A stretch of 32,000 nt of DNA from Massilicoli timonensis (GTDB lineage Bacteria; Bacillota_I; Bacilli_A; Erysipelotrichales; Erysipelotrichaceae): the NCBI RefSeq assembly GCF_900199515.1, contig NZ_LT963434.1, positions 813,272 to 845,271 of the forward strand, written 5' to 3'. Below are positions 9,326 through 15,723 of this stretch, piece by piece. The translations under genes and the position numbers were made by a program. The notes under the pieces are model-generated. The model was not told the DNA's origin, searched no databases, and saw only the letters and a program-made list of their open reading frames with translations. The stretch's first letter is position 1, and each line of letters opens with the position of its first letter.

Positions 9326-10278
9326 GATCCTTCCTCAAACAGCTTGCGCAAAGCATCCTCATTCAGCTTAGCACCGATCACACAATAACGCCCCTGCTTT
9401 TGCGCCGTCGCGCATCGCACTTCATATTCATGCGGCGTTACATCAAACTGATAGGCTTCTTGCTCACCAAGTAAGATTCCCTTTGCCCGCAGCAGCGTTC
9501 CATAGCTTTCCTGCTCGGCCAGTTCCTGCGCAATATGCTTTACTTCTTCCTTCGTATAAAGTTTGATCGTTTCCCGGGCAAAAGAAGCAAACACCTCATC
9601 CGCATGATGATGGTGGTGCTTTTCATCATGTGCATGGTGATGATGCGCATGTGCTTCTTCCTGTGAGAAATGATGATATTGCTTCCGCTTAAAATGGGCA
9701 AACAGATTTTGCCATGCCCTTTGATCCAGTTCCTCCCAAGGGGTCGTACAGATCGCCGTTTCTTCACAAATTCCACGCACGACCATGACTGCCTCGCTGA
9801 TCTCTTCTGCGGATGCGTACTGCGTCCTGCTTAATAATACACCGTCCGCATATTCGATCTGATCGCGAAAAAATTCCCCGAAGTTTCTGGCATACAGTTT
9901 CCCTTTCTTTACATCCACCACACAAAGTGCTTTATCGATCATTAAGCGCGCATCCGCTTCTTTGACCGCCTTTAATACATCGGAAAGCTTTCCCACACCG
10001 CTTGGCTCAATGATGATACGATCAGGATGAAACTGCTCCAATACCTGTAACAGCGCCGTTTTGAAATCACCGACCAGCGAACAACAAATACAACCGCTGT
10101 TGATCTCCTTGATCGCAATGCCGGTATTTTCCAAAAAAGCTGCGTCAATTCCGATCTCGCCAAACTCATTTTCAATCAATACGATCTGCTCTTTCGCATA
10201 CAGCTTTTTCATAAACTCACGAATAAGCGTCGTCTTTCCCGCACCTAAAAATCCCGAAATAATCGTAACTGCCGTCAT
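9322..10278 (-). CDS. COG0523 (CobW/YjiA/ZigA-like) G3E-family metallochaperone GTPase with His-rich tract
   Basis: Start chosen at MTAVTIISGFLGAGKTTLI (ATG 10278). Motifs: ENEFGE, the CICC metal motif, EPSG. The His-rich insert HAHHHHAHDEKHHHHHADE is encoded around 9595-9660. Confidence 0.85.
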   Translation of the reverse strand: MTAVTIISGFLGAGKTTLIREFMKKLYAKEQIVLIENEFGEIGIDAAFLENTGIAIKEINSGCICCSLVGDFKTALLQVLEQFHPDRIIIEPSGVGKLSDVLKAVKEADARLMIDKALCVVDVKKGKLYARNFGEFFRDQIEYADGVLLSRTQYASAEEISEAVMVVRGICEETAICTTPWEELDQRAWQNLFAHFKRKQYHHFSQEEAHAHHHHAHDEKHHHHHADEVFASFARETIKLYTKEEVKHIAQELAEQESYGTLLRAKGILLGEQEAYQFDVTPHEYEVRCATAQKQGRYCVIGAKLNEDALRKLFEEGS

Positions 10279-10312
10279 TACCCGATGCCTCTCTTTCCTA
10301 TTCAACTGTATC

Positions 10313-10341
10313 ATTATAACACTGATTTATCTTTTTCAGTG
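10313..10341 (-). promoter_or_regulatory. Extended -10 promoter of the COG0523 operon, overlapped by an inverted repeat (candidate operator)
   Basis: The minus strand reads TGtTATAAT (10321-10313), 35 nt upstream of ATG 10278. The inverted repeat CACTGA (10320-10325) N10 TCAGTG (10336-10341) covers the spacer and -35 position. Confidence 0.45.
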
Positions 10342-10433
10342 ATCGATCCGCTTTCTTTTTTCTGCCTTTGCCCCACTTATTCGCCTGAACCGCTATTTTC
10401 TCTTATCTGTAGGATTTCTTTTTTGTTTTCTTG

Positions 10434-10442
10434 TGATACAAT
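10434..10442 (+). promoter_or_regulatory. Extended -10 element upstream of receptor gene A
   Basis: TGaTACAAT lies about 58 nt upstream of ATG 10501. The -35 is poor. Confidence 0.4.
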
Positions 10443-10500
10443 ATGATTACTTTTCATACGTTTATGACATAACGATTCTATATTTAAGAGAGGTATTGCT

Positions 10501-11763
10501 ATGAGCAAGTTATCAAAATCTATAAAACCAACCATCGGACAGCTGATCGCTTATTATCACCAAAAACGCTATCCTCACCAAAACATCACCGATTTCATTC
10601 AAGATGGACAACCTGACATGATCTGTACCCGCAGCGTTTATTCTCGTATGACGCACCATGTTCCGGTCAAATCGGAATATTATGTACGGCTCGCCGATAA
10701 ACTCGGATTTTCTCTTGTTTATGATGCGCAGCTCGATGAACAGATCAAAGCCTTCTATTCCAAACTGCTGCTCTTGTTTTATCAGGATTTAACCGCATTC
10801 AGAAAGAAATTGGAGGACTGCCGGCGTTTGCTTGCTTCAAAAGAGGATGATCTTTATTTTCACGGTCATCTGCTTTTGTTTGAAACGCTTTATCAGATCA
10901 GTGATCCGCATGTTTTCTACACCAAAGAAATAAATACGCTGTGTGACATCTCCTTTCTTTTCCAAGGCGATGCAATGCTGCTTTTTCATTATGTTCTCTT
11001 TGAATATTTATTTCATATTCGCTATGACTTCAAGCAAGCCGATTTTTGCATACAAGTATTAGGCTTTGACAAACAGGTCGTTGAGCCGATCCATCAGCTT
11101 ATCTATGCGCGTTATCTCGTTAATCGCTATGATACGCTGACTGCTTATCAGCTGTGCCGAAAAGTACAGGTCTTCGCATCGGAAAACGGCTATGCCCATC
11201 TATATGATGAAACGCTTTTATTGCAGGCAATGGTGGATATGGAATTAGATCACACGGCGTTTTTTGCCCGCATGCAAAGCATCAGTGCCGATCTTCGCTT
11301 ACTGCGTCCCAGCCAAAAGGTCATGGTGTATCAGTTATATGCCTATACTTATTATTTAGAACAGCAGTATGAACAGGCTTTCGCCGCATTAGATCGGATC
11401 TATCATCATTATCCCGATCAGTTGATTTACGTTTTTCCTTATTATGCGTATTTTGCGAAACTGATCCATTTGCCTAACGCGCAGTTATTACAGATTACAA
11501 AAGAAATCATCGCTTCCCATCCGGATGAACAGCAGCGGTTGCCTTATCTGCATTATATGGAAGCAAAGCTCACCCAACAAAACCCAACCCGCTTAAAGCA
11601 CGATTTATTGAAACTTTGTCCGTTCTACTTAAAGGGCAGTTATCATCGTGCATTGATCGTCGATGTGTTTCAAAGCGAAATGGAAGAATTATGCCAGCTT
11701 CGCAATTCCAATCAATCCCGTTTCCGGTTAGAAAGAGCCATCCAGCAATACTGTAATTTCTAA
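10501..11763 (+). CDS. HTH (XRE/Rgg-like) + TPR-like helical-repeat transcriptional regulator, RRNPP-like receptor A
   Basis: 420 aa. The N-terminus TIGQLIAYYHQKR...DMICTRSVYSRMTHH...YYVRLADKLGFSL fits the Rgg/PlcR-type HTH pattern. The rest is helical with TPR-like units (YQLYAYTYYLEQQYEQAFAALDRIYHHYP). SD AGAGAGG lies 8 nt upstream. Confidence 0.6.
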   Translation: MSKLSKSIKPTIGQLIAYYHQKRYPHQNITDFIQDGQPDMICTRSVYSRMTHHVPVKSEYYVRLADKLGFSLVYDAQLDEQIKAFYSKLLLLFYQDLTAFRKKLEDCRRLLASKEDDLYFHGHLLLFETLYQISDPHVFYTKEINTLCDISFLFQGDAMLLFHYVLFEYLFHIRYDFKQADFCIQVLGFDKQVVEPIHQLIYARYLVNRYDTLTAYQLCRKVQVFASENGYAHLYDETLLLQAMVDMELDHTAFFARMQSISADLRLLRPSQKVMVYQLYAYTYYLEQQYEQAFAALDRIYHHYPDQLIYVFPYYAYFAKLIHLPNAQLLQITKEIIASHPDEQQRLPYLHYMEAKLTQQNPTRLKHDLLKLCPFYLKGSYHRALIVDVFQSEMEELCQLRNSNQSRFRLERAIQQYCNF

Positions 11764-11779
11764 GAAGGCAAGTTATGAT

Positions 11780-13075
11780 ATGAAACAAAATACACCGGTC
11801 AGGATTGCGGAAGCACACCTGCCTATGATTATGTTTCTGATTGAATACCACCGCCAACAGTTGCTCGAAATGACGAAAAGTCCCCGTTATACCAAATCCC
11901 GGTTTCTATTAGATGCGCATAGCATGCGGATCTGCACCGGTAAAAAGTATCATGATCTATGTAATGGGAAACTGAGCGACAACTATGAGATCTATCATTT
12001 ACTGTTGAAGAACTTAAATACCTGCTATTACTATCTGCCTTCCCTCATTGCTTTGTTAAATGAACTCCATTCCTGTATGTTTTTGGCAGCGGAACAACAA
12101 AAGAAAGCAAAGCTTGTTGATCTGGCCAATCAGGCAGTACGGTCATTGAAGCCGTATCGCACTTCTGTCTACTATCGTGAAATGGAGAAGATGTATTTGT
12201 TAATTGCCCATTATCATGAAAATCTATCCGTCGATCCTGCCGATATCCATCTTTTCTACGACATCAAAGCGTATATAGACCCGCTGTTGAAACCGATCTT
12301 GTTGGAAATCGGCTGTTATTATTTCAGTATGGTGGCATACAGTCAAACACATTATATGAATCTATTGCATGACGCACAGCAATTAGAGATGAACAGCATC
12401 GTATTGGATCTTCTGAAATGTACGGCTCTGATTCGCAAGAATGAGCATCTGAAAGCAATCGCCAAATTAGAAGCGCTGCTCCCTGTTTTGAAAAGACAGA
12501 ACGCTGAGTATTATCTGGCAAAAGTGTATAACATGTTAAGCATCTCTTATCATTATTTTAATAAGACATCTTCCATAGAGTATCTGCATAAATCAATCAT
12601 ACTGTTGGAAAAGCAGAAGCAGTATCATTTGCTCGGATCTTCTTATCACAATATGGCAGTTACCTATGTTGAGCTAGGCTATTATGCAGAGGCACTATCG
12701 GCTTTTAAGCAAGCTATCTTGTATAATCCACGCAAATCTATTTATGATCTTCCCTATTTATTCAGATGTCTTGAACATAACAAAACACTATTAAACAAAC
12801 AAGCGCTATTTGATATTCTTACATGTGCTAAAACCTATCTTGATCAAGTAACCCCATGTTTACAATTAGTCTACTTATTCTATGAAGCAATAATAAATAA
12901 TGAATACTCTTACATTACATCTGTTTTATTACCAAAATTTTACTTTTTTCAAAATGAAATCAGATGTAATGCCTTTTATTTCAGTATCGTTTTCGACCAT
13001 CTATCTCAGATCTGCATACGCTGCAATAAACAAAAATATTTTTATAAACTTTACGAAAAAGTCATGAACAGCTGA
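11780..13075 (+). CDS. HTH-like + TPR regulator, RRNPP-like receptor B (paralog of A)
   Basis: 431 aa, 16 nt after A. The N-terminus MIMFLIEYHRQQ...MRICTGKKYHDLCNGK aligns with A (LIxYxHxx...ICT). There is a clear TPR unit YHNMAVTYVELGYYAEALSAFKQAILYNP. The SD is weak or distant. Confidence 0.6.
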   Translation: MKQNTPVRIAEAHLPMIMFLIEYHRQQLLEMTKSPRYTKSRFLLDAHSMRICTGKKYHDLCNGKLSDNYEIYHLLLKNLNTCYYYLPSLIALLNELHSCMFLAAEQQKKAKLVDLANQAVRSLKPYRTSVYYREMEKMYLLIAHYHENLSVDPADIHLFYDIKAYIDPLLKPILLEIGCYYFSMVAYSQTHYMNLLHDAQQLEMNSIVLDLLKCTALIRKNEHLKAIAKLEALLPVLKRQNAEYYLAKVYNMLSISYHYFNKTSSIEYLHKSIILLEKQKQYHLLGSSYHNMAVTYVELGYYAEALSAFKQAILYNPRKSIYDLPYLFRCLEHNKTLLNKQALFDILTCAKTYLDQVTPCLQLVYLFYEAIINNEYSYITSVLLPKFYFFQNEIRCNAFYFSIVFDHLSQICIRCNKQKYFYKLYEKVMNS

Positions 13076-13098
13076 ACATACTCCCGCTATTTTATGCA

Positions 13099-13121
13099 AT
13101 TTTACCTAATAATTGTAAAAT
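13099..13121. promoter_or_regulatory. Perfect 7-bp inverted repeat upstream of the peptide gene (candidate receptor box)
   Basis: ATTTTAC (13099-13105) N9 GTAAAAT (13115-13121), about 83 nt upstream of ATG 13204. The right arm overlaps a TAAAAT -10-like hexamer. Confidence 0.35.
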
Positions 13122-13203
13122 ATCTTATGAAAATAACATGAATTTCCACTTTTCATCTACTCCGAGTGTAATTGCATATACTTATGAGCGGGAGGTGAAT
13201 CTA

Positions 13204-13341
13204 ATGCGGAAATGGTTATCAGCTTTCTTTTTGACTGCTGTTCTTGTTTCACCGTTGCTCCTCAACGCAAATAACGAATCGCAAGATGCGCCGGAATTAT
13301 GCGCAGGAAGCAATGGGATACTTGAACAAGGTATTTTCTAG
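13204..13341 (+). CDS. Small secreted pro-peptide (45 aa), candidate signalling peptide precursor
   Basis: MRKWLSAFFLTAVLVSPLLLNA|NNESQDAPELCAGSNGILEQGIF. GGGAGGTG SD lies 6 nt upstream of ATG 13204. It has a basic N-terminus, a hydrophobic core and an AxA-like LNA site. It sits immediately downstream of the receptors on the same strand. Confidence 0.5.
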   Translation: MRKWLSAFFLTAVLVSPLLLNANNESQDAPELCAGSNGILEQGIF

Positions 13342-13440
13342 TTCAATGCTAAAGCGTCATTGAGAAACAGTTTTGGGGGAGATTCAACATATTTTCAAAG
13401 CGTAAAATATGTTTACTTAAATCATGAATGAAACTGATCT

Positions 13441-13541
13441 TCTCATCCTATGACCTGATCAAGATAAATGGCAGTGAATAACACTACGATCATAAAGCAA
13501 AGCAATTTATCTGATCGTCAGGCCATAAAAACAAGATGAGA
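13441..13541. repeat. About 100-bp imperfect inverted repeat / long hairpin
   Basis: Left arm tctcatc-c-tatgacctgatcaagataaat (13441-13469). Right arm atttatctgatcgtcaggccata-aaaaacaa-gatgaga (13505-13541). About 27 pairable positions in three blocks, with a 35-nt loop and no flanking T run. Confidence 0.6.
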
Positions 13542-13619
13542 AAATGATAGAATTGACGGGGATCAATGATTTCATTTTCTCTTTTTATTTTGCAATCGGC
13601 AAGTATGAAAACGAGCATA

Positions 13620-13648
13620 TTCTCATCTTTCTTTTTTCATGTTATAAT
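13620..13648 (+). promoter_or_regulatory. Promoter of the transglycosylase gene
   Basis: TTCTCA (13620-13625), N17, then TGtTATAAT (TG 13640-13641, TATAAT 13643-13648). AAGGAGG SD precedes GTG 13678. Confidence 0.5.
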
Positions 13649-13677
13649 ACACTCACTGAAAAAAAGGAGGTATCCTT

Positions 13678-14382
13678 GTGAAACGCTACCAAAAAGCGAT
13701 CCTCTCAGTCGCAGCAGTCTTGCTTCTCGTCTTAGCCGGCTTGCTGATCAGCGGCTATCTAAAATATAAAGAACTGATCAATGAACGCCCTTTGGCAGCA
13801 GTGATCTCACAAGCAAAAGAAAATCCTTCCTATGTAGAAATCGAAGAAATCGATCCCTTTTTCATAGAGGCGATCTTAGCGATCGAAGATCCTGCCTTTT
13901 ATGAACACGGCGGGATTCGTTTAAGCAATATCATTGAAGCCTTTTTTACCAATGTAATAGAACATGAGTATGCGATGGGTGGCAGTACCATCTCGCAGCA
14001 GTTATGTAAAAACTTATATTTTAATCAGAAGAAGCAGCTGCTTCGCAAAGTCAGTGAATTATATTTCGTACATGATATCGAAAGCATGTTAGAAAAAGAT
14101 GAAATACTGGAGCTGTACCTGAATGTCATTTATTTCGGTGATGGCTATTATGGAATCAAAGAAGCCTGCGAAGGTTATTTCCATACGACACCGGATCAAC
14201 TGACAAAGGCACAGGCGACCATGCTTGCGGGATTACCACAGGCACCTGCCAATTATCAGTTGAGCGATGGTTATGAACTAGCAAAAAAGCGGCAGAAACA
14301 GGTACTGGAAGCGATGGTGGAACAAGAGATCATCACTGAAAAAGAAATGCGGACGATTTATAAAGAAGCAGTGGAATCATGA
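13678..14382 (+). CDS. Monofunctional biosynthetic peptidoglycan transglycosylase (GT51, MtgA-like)
   Basis: GTG start, N-terminal TM anchor. GT51 motifs EDPAFYEHGGI, GGSTISQQ, RKVSELY, KDEILELYLNVIYFG and LAGLPQAPANY. No transpeptidase domain. Confidence 0.85.
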   Translation: MKRYQKAILSVAAVLLLVLAGLLISGYLKYKELINERPLAAVISQAKENPSYVEIEEIDPFFIEAILAIEDPAFYEHGGIRLSNIIEAFFTNVIEHEYAMGGSTISQQLCKNLYFNQKKQLLRKVSELYFVHDIESMLEKDEILELYLNVIYFGDGYYGIKEACEGYFHTTPDQLTKAQATMLAGLPQAPANYQLSDGYELAKKRQKQVLEAMVEQEIITEKEMRTIYKEAVES

Positions 14383-14454
14383 TAGCGATAAGCGGCAGAT
14401 CTTGATCGACAGGATTGCCGTTTCATTATCATGATTTCGACCGAATCAATCACA

Positions 14455-14498
14455 AATTGGGGAGCGGATGCTGCTTTTGCAGCAAATGCTCCCCAATT
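14455..14498. terminator. Bidirectional terminator hairpin between convergent genes
   Basis: 11-bp GC-rich stem aattggggagc (14455-14465) / gctccccaatt (14488-14498), with an inner stem tgctgc/gcagca around a tttt loop. Short T-rich tails on both strands. Confidence 0.65.
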
Positions 14499-14514
14499 CT
14501 ATTTATAGTTGGTC

Positions 14515-15453
14515 TTACATTGTTTTCCAGCATCGTTCTTTCATAAAAGCGACAATAGCAGAACGATCCTCGCCCTCATAGTATTTCACAAGCAGTTTCT
14601 TAAATTCCGGAACTTCCTTTTCAGGAATCACCAAAAAGCCGCCTCCATGCGCAATCAGATAATGATTTGCGAAAATAACCGATGCGCGTTTATTGCCATC
14701 TAGAAAGATCTGTGTTTTCATACAATATAGACACAGGTTGATTGCAATATTGATAATTTCATCGTTTGCTTCCGTAATCTCGCGAATTTTATTTTTAACA
14801 TCTATCTCATTAGGCAATGGCGGAATATAGGATGAACCGCCAATGGTGACCGGAACCCCGCGGATCCGTCCACCTTCTGCAAAAAAGCCTTCATTGACAA
14901 GCCTTGCAATATAACTAAGCATATAGTAATCAGAATGGCTTGCGACGACATCACGATCGAGAATAAACTCCCATGCGTGTTTCAAATTCAAGATCTTTTG
15001 GACATCGGTTGCATTCATGCCGAAGACCTTTCCGTTTTCTATGATTTCTTCTGTCTGTGGGAAAGAAGTTGCAATTCCTTCCAAAACCGCTTGATCATAG
15101 ATATTTATTTTCATATGGGCGCGGGCAAAGGCAATGTTATTGATTATATCGGCAGTCAGCCCGTCTTCCACATATCCGACAGCAGCAAGCTGTTTTTCAA
15201 TGTTGCGAATTTCTTTCTTAATCTCTCTGGCTTCTCTGGCATTGCGAAGAAGCAGATTATAAAGTTCTTCCGTATATGTTCCTACATAGATGGAAGTCAA
15301 TTTTCCCGCGGTTCGCTTTCTAACATAAAGATAGGTTCCGCTACCCTGCTTTTTGATTTCCGGTGTTCCATCATAAGGCAATAGACGCAGTCTTGTTTGA
15401 AGATCTGCACGAGTTCTAAGTAATTCCTGAATTTCATGATATGCGGCTGCCAT
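14515..15453 (-). CDS. Fic/Doc family protein with non-canonical active-site motif (QIFLDGNKR)
   Basis: 312 aa. Fic-fold hallmarks VLEGIATSF...EEIIENG and GGRIRGVPVTIGGSSYIPP. The motif region TQIFLDGNKRASVIFANHYLIAHG is encoded at 14686-14712, where canonical Fic has HPFxDGNGR and Doc has HxFxDANKR. Confidence 0.8.
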   Translation of the reverse strand: MAAAYHEIQELLRTRADLQTRLRLLPYDGTPEIKKQGSGTYLYVRKRTAGKLTSIYVGTYTEELYNLLLRNAREAREIKKEIRNIEKQLAAVGYVEDGLTADIINNIAFARAHMKINIYDQAVLEGIATSFPQTEEIIENGKVFGMNATDVQKILNLKHAWEFILDRDVVASHSDYYMLSYIARLVNEGFFAEGGRIRGVPVTIGGSSYIPPLPNEIDVKNKIREITEANDEIINIAINLCLYCMKTQIFLDGNKRASVIFANHYLIAHGGGFLVIPEKEVPEFKKLLVKYYEGEDRSAIVAFMKERCWKTM

Positions 15454-15467
15454 AACAGCACCTCCTT

Positions 15468-15568
15468 TTAGGGAACAAATCTCATATAAACTATAACAAA
15501 AAATTCCCTAATTTTCAACCTCTTTTAGGGAACTTTTCATTGTTTATTTAAGTTAAAATGTTCCCTAA
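15468..15568. promoter_or_regulatory. Four copies of TTAGGGAAC/GTTCCCTAA arranged as two inverted-repeat pairs around the fic promoter
   Basis: TTAGGGAAC at 15468-15476 and 15525-15533. The complement (a/g)TTCCCTAA is at 15503-15511 and 15560-15568. Intra-pair spacers are 26 nt and the pair-to-pair offset is 57 bp. A degenerate fifth copy TCCCTAA is at 15685-15691. Confidence 0.6.
15490..15518 (-). promoter_or_regulatory. Sigma-A type promoter of the Fic/Doc-like gene
   Basis: The minus strand reads TTGAAA (15518-15513), N17, TATAGT (15495-15490). Repeat copy 15503-15511 lies in the spacer, and copy 15468-15476 abuts the AAGGAGG SD. Confidence 0.5.
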
Positions 15569-15723
15569 TACATGCAGGGGAGCCTATCATCAAGATATGC
15601 CATTTCATCATAAAGCAAGATTTTTTTATTCCTTATTATCTGATTTTAATTACGTTTGCCTCAGTCAAATCAACGATCTTTTTCTCCCTAAATCAAATAT
15701 GATGTGTGCCTGCCCGTATATAA

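Noticed and set aside
9595-9660. His-codon-rich repeat (catgat/gtggtg) as a possible DNA-level tandem repeat or artefact
   Set aside because: It is in frame within the COG0523 gene and encodes the His-rich tract typical of this family. It is not an exact nucleotide tandem repeat.
13093-13140. PlcR-box-like sequences (TATGcAatttTaCcTA at 13093-13108; TATGAAAATAACATG at 13126-13140)
   Set aside because: Neither fits TATGNAN4TNCATA. The right half-sites are wrong or the spacing is off by one. AT-rich DNA yields such near-matches easily.
13138-13203. Longer 67-aa version of the peptide ORF starting at ATG 13138
   Set aside because: No ribosome-binding site precedes 13138, whereas GGGAGGTG sits 6 nt before ATG 13204. 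The extension would also bury the signal peptide.
15466-15520. Possible upstream mini-ORFs in the fic leader (TTG-initiated 16 codons; ATG AGA TTT GTT CCC TAA)
   Set aside because: The TTG abuts its putative SD with no spacer and lies upstream of the predicted transcription start. The 5-codon ATG ORF has no SD. The repeats are better explained as operator sites.
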